Shown in pieces: positions 37,238-46,763 of a stretch of DNA of 64,000 bases. Location: the NCBI GenBank assembly GCA_963700285.1, contig CAVOXA010000005.1, positions 96,001 through 160,000 of the forward strand. The letters are read 5' to 3'. The notes beneath the pieces are model-generated. The model saw only the letters and a list, made by a program, of their open reading frames with translations, made no database searches and was not told where the DNA came from. The translations under genes were made by a program, and so were the position numbers. Source of the stretch: an uncultured Chloroflexia bacterium (GTDB lineage: Bacteria; Chloroflexota; Anaerolineae; JAAYZQ01). Each line of letters begins with the position of its first letter. Within the stretch, counting starts at the first letter, position 1.

Positions 37238-38317
37238 TCAAGGTGAAGCTGCTATGCGGAATTCCTGGAAAGGGTTGTCACAAGCTTGCCTGTCAGTCGC
37301 CAACATCAGCCCCTGGTCCGGCTGATACAGGAGCGCGGACGTTGTATAGAACTCACTTCTCGGTGGGTCCTTGTGGCGGCAGATGCTAGCTGGATAGTTG
37401 GCGTGATCGCGCAACATCTCCTTGCACTTTTCCAGCTCGATGAGCCCTGACGCTTCATCGAGCAATTGTCGCATGCGCCCGCTGCGAATGGGGGAGGTGG
37501 CTGGCGGTACTGATGCCGGAGACCCTTCATACTGCAAAAGGTCTGGCTCCTCGTAGTGGTTTGCGTGGCCATAATGGCGGCTGATGTAGCGTATCCGATA
37601 CTGCGTCGCGCTGGCCTCTACGTTCACAGCGGCGAAAGTAGTACCGATGACAAAGTTAAAGCCAGCAGCCCGTACTCCCTTGACTACAGTGTGGACAGCG
37701 TCACTGAGTTTTGTCTGCTGGAGCGCCTTGCGGACCAGAAATGTGCAAGGCACTCCGGAACGGGCATCGAGGGAGCGCAGGGTGTTCCACACGAGGGCTA
37801 TGCCGGCCGCGTTGATCCCATTACCCGCCACGATCCCGGGGTTGGAAAAGACCAGCGCGCCTGGTTGATCATCACCAGGTGCGATGTCAAAGATGATCGG
37901 TTGCCAGCCATCCACCGCGTCCCACGTCTGCCCCAAGTATGTGGTGCCACCGTTAGTGCTGAGTCCTGTGGCGGCGAAGGTTGTACACTTGTGACCGGCA
38001 TTGACACCGCGGTACAGGCCATACGCTTCCACCTCGTCGAAGCAGTTGAGCAGCCATACCTTCTCGAAGGGCAGGCCAGCGCCCTTGGCGATGGCATCTA
38101 CTTCCTCAACCAAGTCTGGGGCATAGGCGCGGCTCTCGGGGAGATGACCCATAGCGTAGGCCAGCAAGTCCCGCTCTTCTATCGGTGGCGACTGTGCAGC
38201 AGCTTCCGCGATCAAGAGATCATACAGATCAACAATTTCTTGGGCCAATGCCTGGCCGTGCTGATAGCCCCGGTCGGCTGGTGTACCCGCCAGCTCCACT
38301 ACTCGCAGCGTTCCCAT
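37238..38317 (-). CDS. Peptidase C45 / AAT-family Ntn-hydrolase
   Basis: G.P.DRG.QHG N-terminus, autoproteolytic CTTFA, GQTWD, GIN..GI...WN.L and HANHY. Confidence 0.88.
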   Translation of the reverse strand: MGTLRVVELAGTPADRGYQHGQALAQEIVDLYDLLIAEAAAQSPPIEERDLLAYAMGHLPESRAYAPDLVEEVDAIAKGAGLPFEKVWLLNCFDEVEAYGLYRGVNAGHKCTTFAATGLSTNGGTTYLGQTWDAVDGWQPIIFDIAPGDDQPGALVFSNPGIVAGNGINAAGIALVWNTLRSLDARSGVPCTFLVRKALQQTKLSDAVHTVVKGVRAAGFNFVIGTTFAAVNVEASATQYRIRYISRHYGHANHYEEPDLLQYEGSPASVPPATSPIRSGRMRQLLDEASGLIELEKCKEMLRDHANYPASICRHKDPPRSEFYTTSALLYQPDQGLMLATDRQACDNPFQEFRIAASP

Positions 38318-38441
38318 TCTACCTCCTCTGGTGATCTACGCGCTGGCCAAGAAAGCTAGTGGGATCTTGCCGATTTCACTGCCAGCCGCACCCTCGTCCG
38401 GCGAAAAGCCTTGGAGCGCAGGGGATCCTGCTGAACCGCGA

Positions 38442-38476
38442 GTCTTGCAGTCTCGCGCAGGGCGAGACTGCAAGAC
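38442..38476. terminator. 15-bp stem hairpin downstream of the SBP fragment
   Basis: GTCTTGCAGTCTCGC-gcagg-GCGAGACTGCAAGAC; no U-tract. Confidence 0.55.
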
Positions 38477-38536
38477 GGAACGTATGCCTATTCGGTGTTC
38501 AGCAATCTGGCGCAGTCGTCGCATTGCTGCGGTGAC

Positions 38537-39270
38537 TTACTCCGCTGGCATCATCCATCGGGTCTGCGTCTGACCATGGGGTGTCAAGGCAGGTACGATG
38601 TCCGGGGTAAAGACGACAACGCGGGAGTTGTTCGTGATCCAAACGGTGTGCGCCGCCTCGTCCCACAGCATCTGCATCTTTTCATAGATCTTCTGACGTT
38701 CGGCATCGTCCAAGGTGACCATGCCCTGCTTGTGCAGTTCGTCATACTCCTCGTTGCACCAGCGAAACCAGTTCCAGACGTCGATCTGCTCGCAGGTGAA
38801 CCACATGGTGTACCAGGCCGGATCGGGGAAACTGGTATAGCTCAAGGTCACAAGTTCCAGTTCTTGCTGGGCTTCGGCGCCCATGCTCCAGAAGGTAGTT
38901 TCATCGACTGTGTCGATGTTCACGTCAATCCCAATCTCGGCGAGGTTGGCCTGGATGATCTCAGCCCAGGTACGGTACTCGGAGGTGTCCTGTGTGGTCA
39001 ACTTTAGCTCGAGGGAATCGATACCCGCCTTGGCCATGTATTCCTTGGCCTTTTCAACGTCGCGCTCGTACCTGGGCGCGTCGGCCCAATGGCCTATCAG
39101 GCCGGGCGGGATCAGCGTATACGCCTGATCCACCTGGCCCAAATAGGCAGCCTGAATGATGCTGGGCACGTCGATAGCGTAGATGATCGCCTTTCGCACA
39201 TTTTCGTCCTGGAGCTTGGGGTGCTCGACGTTCATCCCAACCCACCGGTAGTGCAGCATTGGCCGAATAC
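38537..39270 (-). pseudogene. 5'-truncated paralogue (C-terminal half) of the ABC solute-binding protein
   Basis: 240 open codons collinear with the C-terminal half of 39431-41077 (RPMLHYRWVGMN vs KPSLRYRWIAMN); no signal peptide or RBS. Confidence 0.8.
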
Positions 39271-39272
39271 AA

Positions 39273-39300
39273 CCATACGCGCATCCATACGCGCATCCAT
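39273..39300. repeat. 12-bp tandem repeat at the truncation junction
   Basis: CCATACGCGCAT x2 plus CCAT. Confidence 0.85.
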
Positions 39301-39344
39301 GGCGGGCTAGAGTTCAACGCGGAGACCCGCTTGATACGGGATGT

Positions 39345-39380
39345 AAAAAGACTGGCCCAATCTGCAGATTGGACCAGTCT
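39345..39380 (-). terminator. Intrinsic terminator after the SBP gene
   Basis: Minus strand AGACTGGTCCAATCTGCAGATTGGGCCAGTC followed by TTTTT. Confidence 0.8.
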
Positions 39381-39430
39381 CTCGCGTTTCCCTTCACCCT
39401 CGCGAACCTGATGGAGAGTGAAATCCGAAT

Positions 39431-41077
39431 TTACTGGGCAGCCGAGAAGAAATGGTACTGTGGCGTGCCGTGGGGCGAAGTCGCCGGCGCGATGTCGGGC
39501 GTGTGGGCGTAGGACATGACACCGTGTGTGATCCAGATCGTCTGCGCTGCTTCGTCCCAGATCTTTTGCATCTCGATATAGATCTTTTCGCGCTCGGCGT
39601 CGTCCAGGGTCACCAGGCCCTTGCGGTGCAGCTCGTCATACTCTTCGTTGCACCAGCTCTGGGTGTTCCAGACCGTCACCTGGTCGCAGGTGAACCACAT
39701 GGTGGCCCAGGCGGGATCGGGGCTCATGGAGTAGTTGCTGGTCAGCAGCTCATTGTTCTTGGCGGCGTCTTCGCCAAAACTGAGGGACCAGTAGGCGCTG
39801 GATTCCATGGGGTTGAGCTCCAGATTGATGCCGATCTCGGCCAGGTTCTGCTGGGCGATCTCGGCCCAGGTCCGGTACTCGGTGGTGTCCTCCAGGTCCA
39901 TGCGAAGGTCGAGCGACTCGAGCCCGGCAGCGGCCATATACTCCTTGGCCTTTTCCACGTCGCGCTCGTAGTGTGGGGCGTCCGCCCAGAAACCGATGAG
40001 TCCTGGCGGGATCAGGGCATATTCCTGATCGACCTTGCCCATGTAGGTCGCGGCCAGGATGCTGGGCACATCGATGGCATAGATGATGGCCTTGCGCACG
40101 TTGATGTCCTGCAGCTTGGGATGCACGACGTTCATGGCGATCCAGCGGTAGCGCAGAGAAGGCTTGAGCCAGGTCTCGAAATCAGGGTTGGACTCGAAGC
40201 GCTCGATGGAGGGGACGCTGATGCGGCTCCAATCGAGGTCGCCGGCCTCCAGGGCAACCTCGGCGGCCTTGTCGTCCTCGATGGGGATCAGGTGGATCTC
40301 GTCATAGTAGGGTTCCTCGCCCCAGTAGTCGGGGTTCTTTTTGAGGATGACCATCTCCTGGGGTTTCCACTCGGCAAAGAGGTAGGGACCGGTGCCAATG
40401 ATATCGGTGGCAAACTTTTCCACACCGATCTCCTCAACCCATTTCTTGGAGATGACGGTGCCGCTGGAAACGGGCAGCGTGGAGGTCCACAACGTCGCAA
40501 GGGGCTCTTTGAGATGGATGATGCCGTTATAGTCGTCGATGACTTCAACGTGATCCAGCGTGGCCCAGTCGTCGGCGTAGGCCGCGTCCAGGTCGGGATC
40601 GATAAAGCGCTCGAAGGAGTATTTGACGTCTTCAGCGGTCAGCTCGCCGTAGCCATTTTGCCACTGGACACCCTCTTTGAGCTTGAAACGGACTTGCAGG
40701 CCATCCTCCGACTGCTCGATTTCCTCAGCCAGTTCGTTGCAGATCTCGTACGAGTTAGGGCAGTAGCGCACCAAGCCGTTCATGACTGCATTGGCGACCA
40801 CAGTGTCATTCTCAGAGATCGCAAAAGCGGGGTCCATGTTCTGGATGTCGCCATAGAGGCGTACCCGCAGGATCTTGGGTTCCTCGACCGCCGGTTCCTC
40901 CGTGGGCGGTGGCGGCTCGGTGGGTGCTGGCGCTTCTGTGGGTGCTGCGGCAGCGGCCTCAGTGGGCTGGGCGGCTGGAGCTTCGGTCGGCTCGGGCGCG
41001 GCGGAAGGTCCGCAGGCCACGGCCAACATGCTGAGAATGACGGTCAGGCTCAAGAGCCAAAGTACTTTTCTATTCAT
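39431..41077 (-). CDS. Family 5 (OppA/DppA-like) ABC solute-binding lipoprotein
   Basis: Lipobox AVAC, PTEAP linker, TAEDVKYSFER, IGTGPY, NPDYWG and VRKAI.YAID. Confidence 0.95.
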   Translation of the reverse strand: MNRKVLWLLSLTVILSMLAVACGPSAAPEPTEAPAAQPTEAAAAAPTEAPAPTEPPPPTEEPAVEEPKILRVRLYGDIQNMDPAFAISENDTVVANAVMNGLVRYCPNSYEICNELAEEIEQSEDGLQVRFKLKEGVQWQNGYGELTAEDVKYSFERFIDPDLDAAYADDWATLDHVEVIDDYNGIIHLKEPLATLWTSTLPVSSGTVISKKWVEEIGVEKFATDIIGTGPYLFAEWKPQEMVILKKNPDYWGEEPYYDEIHLIPIEDDKAAEVALEAGDLDWSRISVPSIERFESNPDFETWLKPSLRYRWIAMNVVHPKLQDINVRKAIIYAIDVPSILAATYMGKVDQEYALIPPGLIGFWADAPHYERDVEKAKEYMAAAGLESLDLRMDLEDTTEYRTWAEIAQQNLAEIGINLELNPMESSAYWSLSFGEDAAKNNELLTSNYSMSPDPAWATMWFTCDQVTVWNTQSWCNEEYDELHRKGLVTLDDAEREKIYIEMQKIWDEAAQTIWITHGVMSYAHTPDIAPATSPHGTPQYHFFSAAQ

Positions 41078-41240
41078 CTTTTTCTTCTCTCCTTCTTTCC
41101 TGATATCTTGATGTGACTAGAAATTGACAACAGCGGCTTTCTTCTTCTGGATCACCTCCCTACCCTGGGCATCAGGCTTCATTCGGACCCCGTCCCGGCG
41201 ACGGGGTCGTGGTATCGATCGTTGGCAGCGATCTGATCGG

Positions 41241-42677
41241 TCAGTCCCCTACCAGCTCCCGGCGCGCCCGGGCTCGGACCTCATTCAGGTGCCGGCTGGC
41301 GTCGTCTGAGAGGGGCTCGACCTCGTGGCTGCTCAGAATCTCCTTGGCCCGGATCTGCGCACGCTTGACGACGCCGATTGCTTGCTCTGCGTCCCCTTCT
41401 CCGCGTGTGCTGACGCCGGGCATCCACAGCGCTCCCCGGCGCATCTGTCTGACCGTGTGCATTTCGCCGAGAAAGACGCCATCGCCGGGAATGACGTCGG
41501 CCATCACATCGTAGGCCAGGGTGGTATCGTCGACGGGGCAACCGGCGACAATGTGTTTGATCATGCTGATGATCTCATCGTCGATGACCGAGATCTCAAA
41601 GCCGGCCACGAGCCCGCCGCCATTGCCCGCGCCCGAAAGCATGTCCACGCCGGCCAGAGCTGGAACCAGGGCGTTGGCCAGCCGCTCGTAGGCATGCTGC
41701 GGGTCCAGCAGCAGCGACTGGGAGGCCAGGCCATAGGCGTCACAGGGGAAGCCAATGCGGTGGGCAAGCTGGCCTGCGCAAGCCGCGGTCATGCCGACTT
41801 CGGGACTGCCCCAGGCGGTGAGGGCTGAGCGCAGATCGATGGGGCTGATGCGCGAGCAATAGCCGACCAGGGCACCGGGCCTGGTCGCGGCGGCGATGAC
41901 AAAGCTGGCCAGGATCTCGGCGTGTTGTTGCGCCAGGCAGCCGGCCATGGTCACCGGGCCCGTGGCGCCCAGCGTGGGCGCCGGGAGGGAGTGGAAAGGG
42001 GTGCCGGACTGGACGATGGCGATGATGGCGCCTGTCACGTCGGGGCCAAATGTGAGGGGACTGACCGGCGAGACACTGATGGTCATGTTGGGATGTTGTT
42101 GGAAGGCCTCCATCCCACCGCAGCAGGCCGCGGCCATCTCGACGACGTAGGGCACGTCCTCGGGCTTGTCGATGGCGGCCGATGACAGCGGTTTGGTCGT
42201 ACTGCGCAGCATCGCGGCCGTTGATTCCACCATCATGAGCTGGGGTGACACATCCTGCGGGCTGAAGAGCGGCGTGATATGATCGATGTTGGGCAGCGCA
42301 TCCAGCAGGCGGGTGACATCGGCCACGTCCTGTACGGTGGCGGGACGTGACCGGCCGGTGTCTAGGTCCAGGGCGCGGGGCTGGCCCCCGCCGTTGTGAA
42401 AGCGCACCTGGCCATCGCCCAGCGTAAAAGCCAGCGACCCATCCCGTTTCAGGCCCTCTCTATCGGGAGTGACATTGTCCAGCGCCCAGGCCACAACGTC
42501 GCGGGGGATGTAGGCCCTGCTACCGTCGATGCGGCAGCCCTGGCCGCGGAGCATGTCTCGCGCCTGCTCGTGCTGCAGCGCCAGGCCTACCTCTTCCAGT
42601 AGGCGGTAGGCAGTCTCTTCGATCTGGTCCAGCCCGTCATCGCTCAGGAACTGCAAATGCAAGCGGTTTTGTAGCAT
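41241..42677 (-). CDS. MttB-family (trimethylamine methyltransferase superfamily) methyltransferase, non-pyrrolysine
   Basis: I.E.A.RLLEEVG, SPVSPL, GATGPVT.AG..AQ.HAE and DPQ..YE; no in-frame TAG. Confidence 0.9.
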   Translation of the reverse strand: MLQNRLHLQFLSDDGLDQIEETAYRLLEEVGLALQHEQARDMLRGQGCRIDGSRAYIPRDVVAWALDNVTPDREGLKRDGSLAFTLGDGQVRFHNGGGQPRALDLDTGRSRPATVQDVADVTRLLDALPNIDHITPLFSPQDVSPQLMMVESTAAMLRSTTKPLSSAAIDKPEDVPYVVEMAAACCGGMEAFQQHPNMTISVSPVSPLTFGPDVTGAIIAIVQSGTPFHSLPAPTLGATGPVTMAGCLAQQHAEILASFVIAAATRPGALVGYCSRISPIDLRSALTAWGSPEVGMTAACAGQLAHRIGFPCDAYGLASQSLLLDPQHAYERLANALVPALAGVDMLSGAGNGGGLVAGFEISVIDDEIISMIKHIVAGCPVDDTTLAYDVMADVIPGDGVFLGEMHTVRQMRRGALWMPGVSTRGEGDAEQAIGVVKRAQIRAKEILSSHEVEPLSDDASRHLNEVRARARRELVGD

Positions 42678-42694
42678 CGGTTATCGATCCTTCC

Positions 42695-44164
42695 TCACCT
42701 AGGTGGAGACAAGTTTGTCAATTCGCGGCGCGCTCGGACCAAGATCTCGTCCAGATGCCGCAGGATGTCGTCGGGTAGGGGTGGGGCTTTGTGGCTGTGG
42801 ATCAACTCCCTGGCTTTGGCCCTCGCTCTGGCCAAGACGCTGCTGTCGGGGCTGCCACCAGCGGGGCTAGATTCCGTCTCACCGCGGGTACTGATGCCCG
42901 GCATCCATAGCGCACCCCCGCGCATTTGTTTGACTGTGTGCTTCTCTCCCAAAAAGACGCCGTCTCTGGGGATGACGCCGGCCATGGCGTCGTAGGCCAG
43001 CGTGGCCTCGTTCACCTCGCAGCCACCGGCAATATGCTTGACGAGGCCCGCCATCTCGTCGTCCAGCACGGCGATCTCTGGCCCGGCGACCATCACGTCA
43101 CTGGTGCTGCCCAGGCCCGAAAGGATGTCGACGCCGGCCAGGGCGGGCACCAGGGCGTTTGACAAGCTCTCGTAGCCGAACTGGGGATCGAGGAGGCCAG
43201 AGCTGGAGGTCAGCCCGTAGGTGTCGGAGGTTAGCCCCAGACGCTGGGCAAGCTGGCCGGCGCAGGCGCTGGTCAAGCCGATGTCGGGTCCGCCCCAAAT
43301 GGAAACCGCGGTGCGCGGATCGATGGCGCTGATGCGCGAGCAGTACATGACCTGGATGCCAGGCCTAACTGCGGCGGCGATGGTGTAGGTGGCCAGGGTT
43401 TCGGCGTGCTGCAGGGCCACGGTTCCGGCCATTGTCACAGGGCCGGTGGCACCCAGGGTCGGTGCGGGCAGCGGCAGCAAGGGCGCACCCGAACTGGCGA
43501 TGGCGATGATGGTGGCTGTGCCAGCCTCTGTGAAGGTCAAGGGGCTAACGGGAGAGCAGGTGAGGTACATGGTGGGATGCTCAAGGAAAGCATCCATGCC
43601 GCCGCAGCAGGCAGCGCCCATCTCGACGACGTAGGACACATCCTCTGGCCTGTCCAGAGGAGCCGCCCAGACAGGCTTGCGGGTATTGCGCAGCATCACG
43701 TCGGTCGAGGCCACGGTGAGCAGTTCGGGCGCGACGTCCTGGGCTCCGTACAGAGGAATGATCACATCGACGTTGGGCAGGGCATCCAGCAGGCGGGTGG
43801 CCTCCTCGACGTCGGTGAGCGTTGGTCGGCGGCGCTGGCCCGAGTCCAGGTCCCGGATGAAGGGCAGGCCACCGCCGCTGTGAAAACGGACTTGACCGTC
43901 GCCCAGCCTAAATGCCTCCACGCCATCCCGCTCATAGAAGACCCTCTGGGCAGTGACCTGGCTCAGAGCCCGCTGGACGCAATCGCGGGGGATGAATACG
44001 CGGCCGTTCTCGACGCGACAGCCCAGGCCATGGAGCATTTCTGTGGCCCCTGCATGTTGCAGGGAGATGCCAATCTCGTCCAGGAGCCGGTATGCCGTAC
44101 CTTCGATGCGATCCAGGCTGTCTTCCGACAGAACGCGTAGAGCAAGCCTGTTTCTGGGCGCCAT
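42695..44164 (-). CDS. MttB-family methyltransferase, non-pyrrolysine (tandem paralogue)
   Basis: Same motifs as the neighbouring gene; start reset to ATG 44164 (MAPRNRL) by alignment with the paralogue and the promoter position. Confidence 0.9.
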   Translation of the reverse strand: MAPRNRLALRVLSEDSLDRIEGTAYRLLDEIGISLQHAGATEMLHGLGCRVENGRVFIPRDCVQRALSQVTAQRVFYERDGVEAFRLGDGQVRFHSGGGLPFIRDLDSGQRRRPTLTDVEEATRLLDALPNVDVIIPLYGAQDVAPELLTVASTDVMLRNTRKPVWAAPLDRPEDVSYVVEMGAACCGGMDAFLEHPTMYLTCSPVSPLTFTEAGTATIIAIASSGAPLLPLPAPTLGATGPVTMAGTVALQHAETLATYTIAAAVRPGIQVMYCSRISAIDPRTAVSIWGGPDIGLTSACAGQLAQRLGLTSDTYGLTSSSGLLDPQFGYESLSNALVPALAGVDILSGLGSTSDVMVAGPEIAVLDDEMAGLVKHIAGGCEVNEATLAYDAMAGVIPRDGVFLGEKHTVKQMRGGALWMPGISTRGETESSPAGGSPDSSVLARARAKARELIHSHKAPPLPDDILRHLDEILVRARRELTNLSPPR

Positions 44165-44263
44165 TGGGATCTCTTTTGCCCTTCTCGGAAGCACTTGATG
44201 GTGTTCGTGCCTGGCTCGGGATGAAGACAGCAGATCCCGTGTCGTGCTTCCGCATACTGGCCC

Positions 44264-44292
44264 ATTATAAACCAATCTCAAGATGACGTCAA
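44264..44292 (-). promoter_or_regulatory. Sigma70 promoter of the mttB operon
   Basis: Minus strand TTGACG-17 nt-TATAAT, about 100 nt upstream of ATG 44164. Confidence 0.75.
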
Positions 44293-44487
44293 ACCAACCC
44301 ATGCGCCGACCAGCAAGCACCAAGGAGGGGCGTAGCCCCAGATTCGGAGGGGCTTGCCGTGCTGGGGGTTCTGACTGGAACTTGACGCTGCCTGAAATCA
44401 GGATTTGCCCCAGATGCGGACCTGTGCTACAGTGTCGGACGGCGCTGCGGGCATGTTCAACACCCACTCGCAGCTTTGGAGGTCTGT

Positions 44488-45015
44488 ATGAGGAGAAAAG
44501 ACAGAGAAATCCAAGATCGGGAACTCGTTTCCCAGATCATCAAGAACTGCCAGGTGTGTAGATTGGGACTGGCAAAAGACAATGTACCCTACGTTATCCC
44601 GGTTTCGTTTGGATATGATGGCCAGGCGATCTATTTCCACACCGCGCGGGAAGGCAAAAAGATCGACTATATCACGGCCAACAACGCTGTATGTTTCGAG
44701 CTCGAGCATGGTGTCCAGCTTGTCTCGGATGATGCCAGCGCCTGCAACTGGTCATTCCACTACCAGAGCGTGATCGGCCAGGGCCGGATCCACGAGCTTG
44801 TGGCCGTGCGGGAAAAGACAGAGGGCCTGAATCAGATCATGGCCCAGTACTCGGATCGGAAGTGGGAGTTCGGTCCAGACAGGCTGGACGCCATCCGTGT
44901 TTGGAGGATAGAGATCGAGACCATGACCGGCAAGCAATCCAAGGCCAAAACTGCGCTCCGCACAGATCACCCCGCCCGTACTCGCGGCCCCTCTGCCGTG
45001 TCCTCGACTTCATAG
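44488..45015 (+). CDS. NimA-like pyridoxamine-5'-phosphate-oxidase-family flavin-binding protein
   Basis: [26 protein letters not shown] and YQSVIG.G; GGAGG RBS. Confidence 0.88.
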   Translation: MRRKDREIQDRELVSQIIKNCQVCRLGLAKDNVPYVIPVSFGYDGQAIYFHTAREGKKIDYITANNAVCFELEHGVQLVSDDASACNWSFHYQSVIGQGRIHELVAVREKTEGLNQIMAQYSDRKWEFGPDRLDAIRVWRIEIETMTGKQSKAKTALRTDHPARTRGPSAVSSTS

Positions 45016-46340
45016 CCGGCTTCACGGACCTGCTTGCGCAGCGTATCCGCCCTGGCCCAATCTCTCTCAGCGCGCGCCTGTTGTCGTTTGGCCACCAGGG
45101 ACATGACCTGATCTGGAACGACTTCCTCAGGCGGCCGCCAACCAGCCAGGTCCAGGCCAAGGACACGGTCAAATTCCAGCAGCGTGGCCTTTTTTGCCGC
45201 ATCGGGCAGATCGCTTTTGACCAACTCCCAGGTTACGGCCAGGGCGCGGGGCATATTCAGGTCGTCGTTGATCTCGGCCACAAAGCGGTCCTGGTAGTCC
45301 TCGTCGATGGACCCGGGTGTACCCCAGTCGTAGGAGTTGGCACGCAGGCGTTCAAGGGCCGTGGTTGCGGCGTTCAGGCTCGTCCAGGTAAAGGCCAGTT
45401 TGGACCGGTAGTGGGCGTTCAGGCAGTATAAGCGGTAGGCCAGGGGGTCATAGCCTCGCTCCATCAGTGCCTGGAGACGCAGGAAGTCGCCGCTCGATTT
45501 GGCCATCCTGGCGGTGTCCACCATCAAAAAGTAGCCGTGCATCCAAAAGTTGGCCAGTTTGGTGCCGTAGCAGGCCTGGGTCTGCGCGATCTCGTTGGTA
45601 TGGTGCACCGGGATATGGTCCTCGCCCCCGCAGTGGATGTCAAAGAACGAGCCCAGGTACTTGGCCGACATCGCTGAGCATTCGATGTGCCAGCCCGGAA
45701 AGCCAACTCCCCAGGGACTGTCCCACTCCATCTGCCGCTTGCTGCCGGGTGGGCTGTACTTCCAAAGGGCGAAATCGGTTGGCCTCCGTTTCTCTCCAAC
45801 CCCCACCCTGGCGCCAGCCTGCAGGCCTTCCACCTTGAGCCGGGCCAAATGACCATAATCGTCCAGCCGCGACGTATCGAAATAGATCCCGTCCGATGTG
45901 GGGTAGGCAAAGCCCTGGGCCTCGATGCACTGGATGAGGGCAATCTGCTCCTGGATGTGGTCGGTAGCCCGGCTCCAAATGGTCGGTTCCAGGATGTTCA
46001 GTCGCCGCAGGTCCTCCTGGAATGCCTGCGTGTAAAGCTCGGCGATCTCCCAGGCCGACCGGCCGGTACGCTCGGAGCCGATCTCCATCCGGTCCTGGCC
46101 CTCGTCGGCGTCGGAGGTCAGGTGACCCACGTCAGTGATGTTGACCACGTGCTTGACATTGTAGCCGTTGTAGGCCAGCACGCGCCGCAGGATGTCCTCA
46201 AAGATGTAGGTGCGCAGGTTGCCAATGTGAGCATAGTCATAGACGGTGGGCCCGCAGCAGTACAGGCCCACGGTGGGCGGGTGTAGGGGTTGGAACTCGC
46301 GCAAGCTGCGCGAATCGGTGTCATACAATCGCAGGATCAT
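44967..46340 (-). CDS. cysS: Cysteinyl-tRNA synthetase
   Basis: [40 protein letters not shown] and RMAKS (KMSKS variant). Confidence 0.97.
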   Translation of the reverse strand: MILRLYDTDSRSLREFQPLHPPTVGLYCCGPTVYDYAHIGNLRTYIFEDILRRVLAYNGYNVKHVVNITDVGHLTSDADEGQDRMEIGSERTGRSAWEIAELYTQAFQEDLRRLNILEPTIWSRATDHIQEQIALIQCIEAQGFAYPTSDGIYFDTSRLDDYGHLARLKVEGLQAGARVGVGEKRRPTDFALWKYSPPGSKRQMEWDSPWGVGFPGWHIECSAMSAKYLGSFFDIHCGGEDHIPVHHTNEIAQTQACYGTKLANFWMHGYFLMVDTARMAKSSGDFLRLQALMERGYDPLAYRLYCLNAHYRSKLAFTWTSLNAATTALERLRANSYDWGTPGSIDEDYQDRFVAEINDDLNMPRALAVTWELVKSDLPDAAKKATLLEFDRVLGLDLAGWRPPEEVVPDQVMSLVAKRQQARAERDWARADTLRKQVREAGYEVEDTAEGPRVRAG

Positions 46341-46763
46341 GATCGGTACCTCGTGTGTTGAGCACCATGGACTGAAAACTCGGGGACATTATACCCAAAT
46401 GCCAGAAGGAGGCAACCACCAACGCAGCCGGAACCGTTCAGGCCTGGGCTTACGTCCTTCTCGAAAGGGTGGCTGCCGGTTTTGCCTTGTGCCTGGAAAA
46501 GTGCTATAATGCCTGCGTCTATGACAGACGGGAACCTTGGGGCTTGGACCCGTTATTGCGCGTCGGCCATCTGCTTCTGCATTTTCGGCGACTCCTCGTA
46601 CCGCAACCTCTGGCCCGGCCGCTGCACGCGGCAACTCAAGTTCCCGGTGAACCGCTATCAGGGACCCTCTGTCTGGACGAGTCTCGCCCGCTACTGGGGA
46701 CAGTGCCTTTCTGGCCGCGTTTCGCGGTCAGGGTGGCTGGAAAGCGCAAGATTGGTCGAAAGG

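Noticed and set aside
39273-39300. CRISPR-like repeat
   Set aside because: Only 2.3 contiguous 12-bp units with no spacers and no cas genes.
39452-41116. 554-aa antisense ORF opposite the SBP gene
   Set aside because: Shadow ORF produced by strong codon bias; no recognisable motifs. The same applies to the other long antisense ORFs in the track.
41186-41208. Hairpin GACCCCGTC/GACGGGGTC between mttB and the SBP gene as a terminator
   Set aside because: No U-tract on the coding strand; it may only be an mRNA stability or processing element.
41241-44164. Pyrrolysine recoding in the mttB genes
   Set aside because: Both frames are uninterrupted, with no in-frame TAG.
44967-45015. Convergent 49-bp overlap of the nimA-like gene and cysS, and the RMAKS variant in CysS
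   Set aside because: Short tail-to-tail overlaps and KMSKS variants are common.
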